A program made the position numbers and the translations under genes. The notes under the pieces were generated by a model. That model worked only from the letters and a program-made list of their open reading frames with translations. It did no database searches and had not been told where the DNA came from. From positions 3,392,001 through 3,456,000 of the forward strand of contig OY969763.1 in the NCBI GenBank assembly GCA_963702845.1: 64,000 nucleotides of DNA, read 5' to 3'. The stretch's first letter is position 1. The number at the start of each line of letters is the position of its first letter. The stretch comes from an uncultured Verrucomicrobiae bacterium. GTDB taxonomy: Bacteria; Verrucomicrobiota; Verrucomicrobiia; Limisphaerales; Palsa-1400. Below, one piece after another: positions 39,901 through 51,439 of the stretch.

Positions 39901-40233
39901 ATGAAACTTTCAGACTTGTGGCACATCGCGAAAGAAGCAGTCACCTCGACTGGTAGCGCGTATCGCTCTGCGACCTCCGTGACGCTGGCCTGTTCAAGTC
40001 CAGCCACCTACCCGCTCAGCCGTGTCAAAGCCGGCGCTGAAGTTCGCATCAAAGAACTCTCCACCCCTGAAGATGTTTCAAAGCGCCTGCGCGAAATCGG
40101 CTTCTGCGAACAACAAGTCCTGAAACTATTGGTAAGCCAATCCAGCCTGATCTGTTTAGTCTGCAACGCGCGAGTTGCTCTCAGTTCAGATATCGCCGGG
40201 ATGATTATGGTAGAACCGGTCCGCCCCAACTAA
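39901..40233 (+). CDS. feoA: FeoA-family protein
   Basis: PLSRVKAG..VRI......RLREIGF...........RVALS..IA..I.V SH3-like pattern. Confidence 0.8.
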   Translation: MKLSDLWHIAKEAVTSTGSAYRSATSVTLACSSPATYPLSRVKAGAEVRIKELSTPEDVSKRLREIGFCEQQVLKLLVSQSSLICLVCNARVALSSDIAGMIMVEPVRPN

Positions 40234-40442
40234 GTTAGTCCAGCGGTAATCAGGGACGATTTCGCCGGTCATCGCTCCACCATCTTTCCGTAAAAGACCC
40301 TGACAAACGATCAGTCGAAGTCGTATTGAATCCCCGAAACTCCCCCGCTAACACTCACGATCAGTCCGAGCAAAATCGTCCTTTGTGTTTGTTTAACTTC
40401 TTGGAATCCGCCGCTAAAAGGAGTAACGTGTTTGACACCGCT

Positions 40443-41636
40443 GTGAAACAGATTCACAAACCATTCCGCCTCGCCCTTCTCCTATTGGCGCTGCTGATAC
40501 CTGCCATCGCAGCGCTTGCCGCAGACAACGCCACCTTAATTTCCGTTTCCATCACCAACGGCACGCCCGTCATGCCGCGCACCGTCTTCACCCAGAGTTG
40601 GACCTTCCAAAACACCGGCACCACAACGTGGTCATCCGGCTCCAGCTATACACTGAACCTCATCGGCACTGACTCCCTGGGGGCCATTCCGCTCCATACC
40701 AATACCACAAAGACCTTCACCACAGTCGCGCGAATCTCCAGCAACACATCCATCGCACCCGGTGCGCAAGGCACATTCAAAATGATGTTCATAGCGCCCG
40801 AGAAACCGGGCCTCGTCTCCAACGTATTTCAATTAAACAACTCCAGCGGCGTCTTCTTCGGCCCGCTAGTCGCCGTGCAAATCAACGTCCAAAACGCTGG
40901 CTCAACCAACCAATACGATCGCGCCAGGGCCATTTCATACGCCAACAACTACGCAGCTTACATTGCCAGCGACGGATATTTTTGGACCAACGGCAACGTG
41001 CCCGCAGACTGGTCCTACTTTTACTACGGTGCCGGCACGCCCGTCCCCAGCAACCTCACCGGTGACGACTGCGCTCATTTCGTTTCCTGTTGCATTGGCC
41101 GCCAGCCGGCGCAATGGGGCGGCGGCCTCTACATTCCCAGCCGAACCTCACCGACCTACGGCGAACCCGGTGCCGGTCGTCTCGTCAACACCGTCCTCAT
41201 CGGCGGCTGTTACGCCGAAGAAGTCTCCTCCCTTTCTGAAATGGAACCCGGCGACGTCATTGGCTGGAACTGGGAAGGCGACCACAACATTGCTAATCTC
41301 GACCACGTCACCATGTACACGGGCAACGGCCACGTCGCCTCACACGCCGCCTCAGTCCTCAACACCTCTGCAGCCACCTGGTATGGTTCAAGCGCCGTCC
41401 ACCATTACATCCACATCTTCGACGCCCCATCCCTTGACTGCGCCGTCGCCAACAACAAAATGATCTTCAGTTGGACCACCAACTGGGCCGGCTACAACCT
41501 TTATTCCTCAACCAACGTGGCTGCTGCAGCTGCTTGGAAAAAAATCACGACAACACCCAGCAAAGTTGGCAACACCTACAAACTCACCAACACCATCGCC
41601 TCCCCCAACCTCTTCTACCGCCTCTCAATGCCTTAA
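40443..41636 (+). CDS. Secreted protein: NBR1-type Ig-like domain plus papain-like amidase (Amidase_6/NlpC-P60-like) domain plus C-terminal tail
   Basis: FTQSWTFQNTGTTTW; YDRARAISYA, GDDCAHFVSC, PGDVI...DHVTMYTGNG; tail LYSSTNV...W...LFYRL. Confidence 0.72.
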   Translation: MKQIHKPFRLALLLLALLIPAIAALAADNATLISVSITNGTPVMPRTVFTQSWTFQNTGTTTWSSGSSYTLNLIGTDSLGAIPLHTNTTKTFTTVARISSNTSIAPGAQGTFKMMFIAPEKPGLVSNVFQLNNSSGVFFGPLVAVQINVQNAGSTNQYDRARAISYANNYAAYIASDGYFWTNGNVPADWSYFYYGAGTPVPSNLTGDDCAHFVSCCIGRQPAQWGGGLYIPSRTSPTYGEPGAGRLVNTVLIGGCYAEEVSSLSEMEPGDVIGWNWEGDHNIANLDHVTMYTGNGHVASHAASVLNTSAATWYGSSAVHHYIHIFDAPSLDCAVANNKMIFSWTTNWAGYNLYSSTNVAAAAAWKKITTTPSKVGNTYKLTNTIASPNLFYRLSMP

Positions 41637-41677
41637 TTCGCCCGAGCCTTTGGAACCTCAAAGTTGCTCGCATGGCT

Positions 41678-41716
41678 ATGTCCTATCTGATATCTGCTAT
41701 CTGCCATTTGCTATCG
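41678..41716. repeat. Degenerate 7-bp periodic intergenic repeat
   Basis: CCTATCT GATATCT GCTATCT GCCATTT GCTATCG; similar GCCATCC GCCATTT GCCATAT at ~42125-42145. Confidence 0.5.
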
Positions 41717-42057
41717 CCGCCGCCCGCGTCCGTTTCCGTGCTGCCGATCGCGATCAAACGCAATTCCCAAACAACTGCTGGGACACTTCCCCAAACTCCG
41801 CTAGGAGTGCCATATCTATAGATCAACCGCCAAAAAAAATTATCCATTGTTTCCGCGGGCCGACACCCGTCCGCAAGCGAGCGCTAGTAATCCAGGGTAA
41901 GGCGCTCGCTGCTGTAGCGACGGCAAAGTTTCGCAGACACCCACCCCCACCGGGGGGTTAGAGCCGTCAGGCCGTCAGGAATGTTGGTGGTCAATGGGTT
42001 GCGGGCCAATTCAGCCGTCAGGCTGACGGCAGGCACCCGTCAGGTTTAATTTCAATC

Positions 42058-42092
42058 AAAAAGCCCGGAGCACAATCGCTGCTTCCGGGCTC
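42058..42092 (-). terminator. Rho-independent terminator-like hairpin (possibly bidirectional)
   Basis: Minus strand AGCCCGGAAGCA-GCGATTG-TGCTCCGGGCT-TTTT. Confidence 0.6.
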
Positions 42093-42415
42093 TTGAATTT
42101 TGTGAGGCCAGCGATTTGCCCTTCGCCATCCGCCATTTGCCATATTACTCAACCGTTGCCGCCTGTGACCAGGTAGGGCTCGTCGCTCCGCGAGCGCCGC
42201 TAACGGCGGCACCTGGAGCGGGATTATTTTATACTGTGTAGCCGACCACGACGACCCAACCCTGTGGCACCTCGCGATCAGAGACGGAGAAAGCAACGCT
42301 CACGACGTCTTTACAAAGAGAAAATAAACTCCCGTCGTTTGCAATTTGTATTTGCCTGTCGTCTCCGCATCGCATAGGGCAACCTACCTAGAGCCAGCGA
42401 GTTAGCCCTTGTAGG

Positions 42416-44839
42416 TTATGCTCTGACGCGCGATTGAAGTTGGACTTGAGCGAGCACTCGGGCCTGAACTTGACTATACAAACGCTGACACCGTCCGGTG
42501 GTATCTTCTAACCGGACCGCAAGCCCTAATGGAACCGACGTCGTGTCTTTACACCATGATGCGGCAGACAGTGAAACGGCCAAAATGTAGTCATTCGCGC
42601 TGAACTCTGATTCGTGATCGTGCCACTCAAAAACATCACGCTGCAGAGTGCCGACAGAGCGCCTCTGAATTTTCAGCTTTCCGGGAAGATGATCAACTTG
42701 CACATCAGACGTTAAGTTTTCCTCATCATCGTTGCGTTGCATCATTGAAACAATCTGGTCAGTAGGCTTATCCCCTCGAAACAATCGGAATTTCAATCGT
42801 GCACCGAGATACTCAGCGACACCCCACTGTTGCACCGGTGGAGCACTCGCGACGGCTATGGTTATCCTTTTCAACCCATTTTCTGAATCGCGGATTTCTA
42901 CAGGCACAGGAATCCGAAACAATCCCACTCTATCAACTAAGATTGCACCGTCGTAGAACAGGATGACAGAATGCGGTGCACAATCGGTCGCGCGACTCGC
43001 AATCGGCAACCCATACCCAACGCATTTTAGCAAATCTTCCGCTCTCGCAAAAACAGGATCTGTCGGCGCTTCGGCTGACAACGCCAAAAACGCACGAAGA
43101 AGGGGTGCTGAGGGTTGAGCGATTAGTGGCCGCAAATCCCGAACGATAGATGCTAATTGGTTTGCGACCCGCGGGCCAGCGTAGCTGTTACCGTTCCCAT
43201 GTTGAAGTGGAGGAGTTAACTTGTTACTCGCCATTACAACGTTGGTTCCAGCATTGGAGGCGACCCGCTGTTGAGGATCGCGAACAAGATTTCCGCCTCG
43301 TTCTACAAAGTCTGGTTTGACTGCTTGGCCGAACCCAGGACCTGTCCGCGTAAATGGTGAGGGCTGGTTTTCTCGTGCAATTGGGACCGATGGCGCAACG
43401 ATCACCCTTTCAGAGGGCGCAAGCGACCCGACGGTAACAGCTAACGCCGCTTGTCCAGGATCAAGGATTTTCGCGAGCGCCTGGCGCAAGTACAATGGAT
43501 ATTGCTGATTAGCAGAGAGGTCTTCGACATCAGCGGGAGAGAGGTTGCCTGTAATTGCGACGAACACGACATCGAAGTCTCGCGAAAGCTGGTCCACCGT
43601 CCGCGCCACCCATGAATTGCGGGGCACAAGGTTGCCTCCGGCTTGATTCCAAATGTGCCCGACAATGCTAAACGAAAGCACGAAGATGCGGACCCCATTC
43701 GGACGGAAGTGAGCAACTACATCCCTGAGGATTCTCGATAGGAGTCGGGCTTCCCGTAAACGCTGGACGCCATCGTCATCAATGTACGGGGTGTCCAGCT
43801 CTCCTGCATCGTTGGTTATGCGGGCGGATGCGACGAATGCAGATGCCGAGTTGGCAGACCCGTGGCTCATGTCAATTTGATAGTACGCCGCTAACGACGC
43901 TACGCCTGACCCGTGTCCCACGCCATCTGCATCAGGAGCAAAACCATCAATAAAACTGTGTGATATTTGCGTGCGTAGTACAGGTTGCAGAAATGGGTTA
44001 GCACCGGCTACACCGGTATCGATGACGCAAATCGTCTCGGCATCATCGGGCGGCGTGCTCAGCGTGGTGTTCGAGACCGAAAAGCTCTGGTAAACCGTCT
44101 CAAACGTTTCGAAATGTGGTCGCTTCTCAAACAAAACGATTTGACGCCACCACCGCGGATCCTCAACAAGCGCCTTCAACTTCTCACCTGTGCTGGATAA
44201 GACAGCTCTTGCACCAACACCGGCAAAGTCCGTTTCGTAAATTCGGCCGTCGATTGCGCCGAGAAACTCACGCAGTTCCGTTAAGCTACGCTCCACCTCG
44301 CGACGACGTGTCTCTAATCGCGTTGCAAAGCTTGCCACCTCTATTTCGTAAACAACGAATTCTTGGTGAATAAGTGATTCATAGTCGGCTGCAAATTCCG
44401 GCGACAACCGAGCTTTAGGATCAGCAACTGCAATCGATGAAATGCGGGTGACAAACTCAACTCCCGTTGGCCGTTCAGAAACAGTGTCAGCCGCGATTTT
44501 GCCAAGACGTTCTTCCAGCGTCTCTAAACTTTTTTTCTTCGGTACGACCAAAGTCTCGGTCGAAGTCGAAGGGCCCATCGGCATAAGACCGGTTCCACGA
44601 AGGTCCAATTTTGTCAGCGGTCTATCATGCGTCAGTTTAAGAAATGCCGCTCGCCTCTGCTCAGGTGTAAGTTGACGCACAACTGTCGCAATTTCTCGAA
44701 GTTCCGTTCGAAGGGTGTGACATTTTGTGGTCCTTTCCGAAACGGCAACGGGTGGCAACCTAGGAAATGGTAACCTTTCGCGCCTACGGGCGCTTATATG
44801 AGGTTGAGAGATTTGAATTGGCGGGTATTCGCTATTCAT
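42416..44839 (-). CDS. Cytoplasmic S8 subtilase-family peptidase (IetS-like)
   Basis: ICVIDTGV (Asp), GHGSGVAS (His), GNSYAGP (Ser), SPFTRTGPG..VKPDF, GYGLP; no signal peptide; overlaps the ATPase stop. Confidence 0.88.
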   Translation of the reverse strand: MNSEYPPIQISQPHISARRRERLPFPRLPPVAVSERTTKCHTLRTELREIATVVRQLTPEQRRAAFLKLTHDRPLTKLDLRGTGLMPMGPSTSTETLVVPKKKSLETLEERLGKIAADTVSERPTGVEFVTRISSIAVADPKARLSPEFAADYESLIHQEFVVYEIEVASFATRLETRRREVERSLTELREFLGAIDGRIYETDFAGVGARAVLSSTGEKLKALVEDPRWWRQIVLFEKRPHFETFETVYQSFSVSNTTLSTPPDDAETICVIDTGVAGANPFLQPVLRTQISHSFIDGFAPDADGVGHGSGVASLAAYYQIDMSHGSANSASAFVASARITNDAGELDTPYIDDDGVQRLREARLLSRILRDVVAHFRPNGVRIFVLSFSIVGHIWNQAGGNLVPRNSWVARTVDQLSRDFDVVFVAITGNLSPADVEDLSANQQYPLYLRQALAKILDPGQAALAVTVGSLAPSERVIVAPSVPIARENQPSPFTRTGPGFGQAVKPDFVERGGNLVRDPQQRVASNAGTNVVMASNKLTPPLQHGNGNSYAGPRVANQLASIVRDLRPLIAQPSAPLLRAFLALSAEAPTDPVFARAEDLLKCVGYGLPIASRATDCAPHSVILFYDGAILVDRVGLFRIPVPVEIRDSENGLKRITIAVASAPPVQQWGVAEYLGARLKFRLFRGDKPTDQIVSMMQRNDDEENLTSDVQVDHLPGKLKIQRRSVGTLQRDVFEWHDHESEFSANDYILAVSLSAASWCKDTTSVPLGLAVRLEDTTGRCQRLYSQVQARVLAQVQLQSRVRA

Positions 44840-45855
44840 GAAGCTCGTGAGCCCGAACGAGACGCAGCATGCAGTTTTTTACGCCATGCGTGACACTCCT
44901 TCACAATTTCATCCACGGGAGTAATAGAAGTGCGCTCAAGGAGTTTGGTTTTGGCAACCTCTCTTACGGCGCGATCAATTTCTGCATATGAATAGCTTTT
45001 TAACTTCCGGGCAGCGCCGACCAAATCTCCTTGAACACGGAGGCCGCCGGTTAAAAACCGAAGTTGTGCCGCGCGTTCCGGTTCGCCCGGAAGGGGGAAT
45101 TCGATAACGTCGTCAAATCGCCGCCAAATCGCTGGGTCAAATGTCTGCGAATGGTTGCTGGCCAAAATCACCAGGCTATGTTTCGGTGAGAAATAGTCCA
45201 AAGCCTGTAACAAGGAGTTCACAACACGCCGCAGCTCTCCAACGTCATTACGATCTCCTCGTGCCTTCGCAACTGCATCTGCTTCATCGATCAGGAGCAC
45301 CATCGGTCTACCTTCTGCGACGGCAAATACTTTCTGCAAATTCGAAGCTGTTTCGCCAACATAGCTGGTTATTAGACTACTTAACCGAACCACGCCGCAT
45401 GGAATGCCGAGATCACTCGCTATTAGACGCGCAGCTGCGGACTTCCCACATCCAGGAGGACCCCAGAACAACAACCTTCGTTTCGGCTGCAGTCCACCCT
45501 GCTCAAGCTGGTGAACCGCTCGATATTCTAAAGCTATGCGATCTAGCGAGCTCTGAGTATCGCGACTGAAAAACAGTTGCTCACGACGAAGTCCTTCGGG
45601 TACGAATGTGACCAACGAATCAGCCTGCCGCGTTAAAACCTGAACTGTTGCGGGAACCGAGTTGCCGTTTCGTTTTATTTGAGTCAATGCCTCTCGTAGA
45701 GCTTTTGCTTCGCTCGGGCGGTTGCTCATACTCAACTCACGGACGATGGTTTCGGCATTTCGAGAGAACCCAGTCTCATCGTGCATCGCATGCGCGAGCA
45801 CGAGCTTGCGGATGCAATCAAAAATCTCAGGAATCGGCATCGTCGGTTTCAGCAT
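44836..45855 (-). CDS. AAA+ ATPase (IetA-like)
   Basis: GPPGCGKS Walker A, LLIDEAD Walker B, DVGELRRVVNSLLQ, DPAIWRRFD. Confidence 0.9.
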   Translation of the reverse strand: MLKPTMPIPEIFDCIRKLVLAHAMHDETGFSRNAETIVRELSMSNRPSEAKALREALTQIKRNGNSVPATVQVLTRQADSLVTFVPEGLRREQLFFSRDTQSSLDRIALEYRAVHQLEQGGLQPKRRLLFWGPPGCGKSAAARLIASDLGIPCGVVRLSSLITSYVGETASNLQKVFAVAEGRPMVLLIDEADAVAKARGDRNDVGELRRVVNSLLQALDYFSPKHSLVILASNHSQTFDPAIWRRFDDVIEFPLPGEPERAAQLRFLTGGLRVQGDLVGAARKLKSYSYAEIDRAVREVAKTKLLERTSITPVDEIVKECHAWRKKLHAASRSGSRAS

Positions 45856-46232
45856 ACGGACTTTATCTTACAGCTACAAGCCGAGCGTATTCTGATGAAA
45901 AACAGCGTTCAAGGACGTTACGCATCATTTTGTTTCGTTGTTACGCCGTACCGTAAGCCCGAATCATGCAAGCCACTTTCTGTTTTTCAAGCTGCCGCGC
46001 GCGCCTTTGCTTTGACGAAGTCACATACGGTCACCCAAAAAAAAGTTTTTAAAAACGACCTCGAATCGCAGAAAAGTCCACGCCCGCTTACGTTTTGCTC
46101 CATTTTGCACTGCAAAAAACCACGCATTTTCGCGCCATTTTTTGCACGTTCACCATCGTCCTTGCCAGTTTACTCTCTGCAGCTCGCTATTTCCGTTGTA
46201 GCTCCAGGGCGGTTTCGCTAAAACTATCCCTA

Positions 46233-47493
46233 ATGCCCTCATCCGTCGCCGAAACCACCGCGCCCACGACCGCCGTCGCGTCTAATCGCGAAAAATGGCT
46301 CGTGCTCGCCGCTGCCTTTTTCGGCTGGATGTTCGACGGACTTGAACAAGCCGTTTTCCCACTCGCCGGTCGCCCTGCCTTGCAGGACCTCTTGCACACC
46401 CAAAACGACGCCATCATCGGCCAATACTTCGGTTACATCACTGCCTTGTTTTTAATCGGTGCTGCCCTCGGCGGCTTCGTCTTCGGCTGGCTCGGGGACC
46501 GCTTCGGCCGCGTTCGCACAATGACTTGGAGCATCCTCACCTACTCCATCTTCACCGGGCTCTGCTACTTCGCGAACAGTCCGTACCAACTCGGCGCGCT
46601 CCGTTTCATTTCCGCCATCGGCATGGGCGGCGAATGGGCTCTCGGCGTCGCGCTCGTCATGGAATTCTGGCCTGAAAAAGCGCGCCCACTTCTCGCCGGC
46701 GCAATCGGTGCAGCTTCCAACGCCGGATATGCCTTGATTTCCTTCCCGGAATGTTCATCAAAATCGACCAAACCTCCTGGCGCTGGGTCATGCTCGCAGG
46801 CGCGGCGCCGTCCTTGCTCAGCTTGCTAATCGCGTATCTTCGTCCCCGAATCCGACGTTGGAAAGCCGCCGTCGAAACAGCCAAACCCATCCCGTCCGCG
46901 AAGTATTCTCACGCGCAATGTTGCGTCGGACCCTCCTTGGAATTGCCATTGCCGCCATTGCTCTGATCGGCACATGGGGCTCCGTGCAATGGATCCCGAC
47001 ATGGGTCAACAAAATGGTCGGGCATCAAAACCCACACGCCGCACCCACTTCACTCCTCTTCGCAGCCATTGGCGCGATGATCGGATGCTTTGTCGGTTCC
47101 CTGCTGGCCGAGCATTCGGCCGCCGCTGGACCTACTTCCCCTCTGCCTCGCATCGTGGATCATCACCACAACCCTATTCCGCAGCTTCGATCATTACAGC
47201 CTCTGCTTCGCCGTTAATGTTCGGCCTCGTCGGCCTGTTCACCGCCGCATTCTACGGCTGGTTGCCGCTCTATTTCCCGAACTCTTCCCCACCCGCATGC
47301 GCGCCACCGGCCAAGGCATGTGCTTCAATTTCGGTCGCATCTTCGCCGCCGCTGGCGTCTTTTCAAGGCAACTCGTCACCGCCTACAACGGCAGCTACCC
47401 ACACGCCGGCACGATGGTCGTGCTCGTTTACTTCGCCGGCATGGTCGTCATCTGGTTCGGCCCCGAAACAAAAGGCAAACCTCTGCCGGACTA
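46233..47493 (+). CDS. MFS transporter, multiple frameshifts after ~46740
   Basis: GWMFDG, GWLGDRFGR, GMGGEW; later FGRR and PELFPTRMRATGQG..FNFGR, PETKGKPLP in other frames. Confidence 0.85.
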
Positions 47494-47596
47494 ATCGAAA
47501 CGAATCCTCTTTCCAAAAACTTGGTGTCTTGGTGCCCTGGTGGTTAAAACGTTTCTATTTGAATTTTCTGCGGCACGGGGTTTACTTCCCGCTTCG

Positions 47597-48653
47597 ATGA
47601 AAACGAAAGCCTACGCCTCTGCCGGTGTTGACATTGATTTGGGCAACCGAGTCAAAAGCACATTCCCGCAGCCTACTCGCTTCCACCCATCGTCCTGAAG
47701 TCCTCGGCAAAGTCGGCGGCTTCGGCGGCCTGTTCGCTTTCGACACCAAAAAATATCGCCAACCCGTTCTCGTCTCCAGCGCCGACGGCGTCGGCACGAA
47801 ACTCAAAATCGCGTTCGCGATGAACAAGCACGACACCGTCGGCGCCGACCTCGTCAATCATTGCGTCAACGACATCGCCGTCCTCGGCGCTGAACCCCTG
47901 TTCTTCCTCGACTACATCGGCACCGGCAAATTGAAGCCCAAAGTTTTCCAGCAACTCATCACCGGTTTCGCTCGCGCCTGCGCCAAAACAATTGCGCCCT
48001 CATCGGCGGCGAAACCGCCCAAATGCCCGGCTTCTATCAGGAAGGCGAATACGACGTCAGCGGCACCATCGTTGGCGTGGTTGAAAAATCAACAATGCTC
48101 GATGGCAAAACCATCAAACCTGGCGACACCATTATCGGCATCGCCTCGAGCGGCCTGCACACAAACGGCTATTCGCTCGCGCGCAAAATCCTCTTCGAAA
48201 AACTGAAGCTCAAGCCCACTTCACGGTTGCCCGGCATTCGCAATTCCGTCGGCAAAGAACTGCTCAATGTTCACGTCAGTTACGGCCCGCTCGTGCAGAA
48301 GTTGCTGAAACAATTTAATCGTGGCAACAACAGACCGCGTCATCAAAGGCCTCGCTCACATCACTGGCGGCGGCTTCATCGACAACATTCCGCGCGTGCT
48401 GCCAAAAACCTGCGACGTCCTCATTCAAAAAGGTTCCTGGCCTGTCCTGCCGATTTTTCAACTACTCCGCGACAAAGGCGGCGTCGACGAACAGGAATTG
48501 TATCAAGTGTTCAACATGGGCATCGGCATGACAGCTATCGTCGCGACTGAAAAATCGAAGCCGTCCTCAAATCCATCCACGCTCAAAAACACAAAGCCTG
48601 GATCATCGGCAAGTGTCTGTCGCGGTCGGGGAGTTGTAAGATTGTCTAGTTAA
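47597..48653 (+). CDS. purM: Phosphoribosylformylglycinamidine cyclo-ligase (AIR synthetase), frameshifted in this sequence
   Basis: [71 protein letters not shown] across frames. Confidence 0.93.
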
Positions 48654-51424
48654 TCGCGCCAGTGTTCCGGCAGGACTGCCGTGCGCGGGAATGTGCAAAT
48701 CACGTTCGTGCCACGTGGCGCATTCGGTTTGATCTCAAATTGCCCACCCGCTGCTCGTGCGCGATATTCCATGATTCGCAAGCCCATCCCGCCACCCGTG
48801 AGCACGTGCGACGAATCATTGACTACAGTCGGTGCCGGCGGCGGCAACCGAAAACCTTTTCCGTCATCGCTAATACTGAAATTCACTTCGCTCCCGTCCA
48901 CCGCAAGTTCCACCCGGATTCTCTTCGCTGCCCCGTGATTCACCGCGTTATGAATTGCCTCCTGCGCGATACGATAGAGCGCGAGCGCTGCTTCCGGCCG
49001 CAACGGCAAGTGCGTTTGATTGCACTCAAAATGGCAATCCACATCGAACATGTTCTCCGACATATCGGCCAGCGTTGAAAGCGCCGAAATCACTCCGCGC
49101 CCTTCCAACTCAATCGGCTGCAATCCATGAGCAAGACGTCGCGTTTGGCTTAGCGCCTCGCGCATCAAGGCACTCAGCGTTTTTACGTCGTCCTTGCGAT
49201 CGCTTGGAATCGCGCCATTCGACGCCTCCAGTGCGACCTCCAGCGCCTTCACCTTAAAAGCCACGCCCGCGAGGAACTGCCCGAGCCCATCATGCAATTC
49301 ATGACCGATGCGTTGCCGCTCCATCGCCGCAATTTCCAACATCTGCCGTTCCAGATTTTTTTGTTCGGTGATGTTTTCGATCATCGAAATGACATACCGA
49401 ATTTTCTCATCCGCTCCGCGCACCGCCGAAGTCGTCAACATCGTTGACACCACCGTTCCGATCCTTTCGCACGTACCGGATTTCATTGCGATAAGTATCT
49501 ACATGCCCCTGGATCAACGCTTCGAACATCTCACGTTCGCCAACCACATCATCAGCATGGGTCACTGCCGCCGAACTGCCGAACGCCTGCAGTTCCGCTC
49601 CTTGTAGCCGGTGATATTCTCGTAAGCCAAATTGATCTGCAAATAACGACCATCGACATGATGCAAAGCGATGCCAATCGGCGAGGATTGAAACAGGCTG
49701 CGAAACCGCTCTTCGCTCTCCCGCAAAATTGCTTCGGCACGATACCGTTCAGTCATGTCACGCCCGATACCCATCAAACCAATTAGCTCACCATCGCTGT
49801 TCCTGACTTCAGAAGTGCTCAAAAAAATTGGAAACTCGCTACCATCCTTGCGCACGTCCCAAACTTCCCCCACCCAACCGCCCTTGTGCGTTTGCTCCAC
49901 AATCGCCTCTGCCAACCCGGGTGGATTACGTGGCGAATGAAGCATCGAACTGTGTCTCCCAAGGATCTCGTCACGCGTGTAACCCGTAGACAATTCAAAA
50001 GCGTGATTGGCGAAAATCACCTTGTTATTTAAGTCCGTGATACTGATCGGTTCCGTACTGCTTTCGACGGCGTGACCCAATGCCGCCAGCTTTTCATCGA
50101 GTTGCTTTTCCTCGGTAATATCCTCAGCAAGACCAACGATACGATACGGTTTACCGTCCTGGTCCTTCACCGGAAACGCGCGATCGCGAATCCAGCGCAT
50201 CGTTCCATCTGGACGCAAAATTCGATAAACCTGGTTGTATTCTCCAACCTCCTGCTTTTCGAACGCCGCGTTCAACGTGCGCTCTTTGTCGTCCGGATGA
50301 AGGGCATCCACCCAATCCTGCGGTCGTTCATACAAGCTCTTGCACGACCGGCCCCAAATGATTTCGTATCCCGGGCTGACGTAAAGCATTTGCTGTTTCG
50401 TCAGGTCCGTCATCCAAAGCACTTCCTTGATGTTCTCCGCAAGTTGCCGGAACCGTTCTTCACTCTCACGCAGCCCCGCGTTCGCCAATTCAAGTTCGCT
50501 CGTGCGCGCCCGGACACGCGATTCCAATTCCTCATTCGCCTGCAGCAATGCAAATTCCGCTTGCTCTTGCCGACGCCCGATTCGACGCGCCACCAGCGAA
50601 ACAACCAGCGTGACAAATAAAGCCGAAACAAGCGTCTGAAATGCGTCGCGAACTACCGGGTTCAAATTTTTGTAGGCGCGAAACCAGTGCGACAAACATC
50701 CGTCCATGAACACGACAAGAAACGTGATCGGCAAGAATGCTCGCAAAAGCTGTGCGCTCGAGGATCGTCCCGTTAACGCACGCATCGGCAGATATTCAGG
50801 TCCAGCAGCAGCAACCAGCCCGACACTCAAAGCAACGAAAGCAATCGTCGTCGACAGCGCGACCGGGCCCAGCGGACTGTTTCGCTTTCCGCCATAGAGC
50901 AACGGCGTCCCGTAAAGATATCCAAGCAATACGACACACGAGCCAATCAACACAATCGTGGCAAGCGGCGGCACCAGCGATTTAAGTCGAATCCCCTTGC
51001 GCAACAGCAAGACCAACCCGATACCGCACAGAATCAGTCCCGCTCCTGAAATGCGCGAAATCCCGACAAACGGGCGGATATTATAGTCGTAACCATTGAA
51101 CGGAATCGACTGTGGCACAACCTTAACACCGAAGAACAACGGCAGCAGGTCATACCCGCCGAGCAACCCGATCAAGATGCAGAGTGGAATCGCGCCACTC
51201 CTCGCCTTCGTCCAATTTGTTTGCGTCAACAGCAGAGCGGCGCCGAAAGCAATCAGATAAGCCGCAAGATGCGGTGACATCGAAGCGTACTTGGTCTGAA
51301 AAGACGAAAGAAGGAGATTGCCAGTCGCTTTAGCAACGATGCCTAAAACGCCAAACAAAATAACCACGAATCCACAAATCCTCGCCGTCCGTACACAACG
51401 AACATTTAAAGGATTATAGTGCAT
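48650..51424 (-). CDS. Membrane multi-PAS sensor histidine kinase (HisKA_3/NarX-like), frameshifted near 49490-49590
   Basis: TM-rich N-terminus, three PAS/PAC repeats (SEERFR..), ERQRIGHELHDGLGQ, YRIAQEAIHNA, DDGKGF, GMGL. Confidence 0.85.
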
Positions 51425-51439
51425 CGCGGGCTGTCTATC

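Noticed and set aside
41870..42060. Hairpins and CCGTCAGG repeats as a possible riboswitch, ncRNA or CRISPR
   Set aside because: No recognisable Rfam-like consensus, no regular repeat-spacer period, no cas genes
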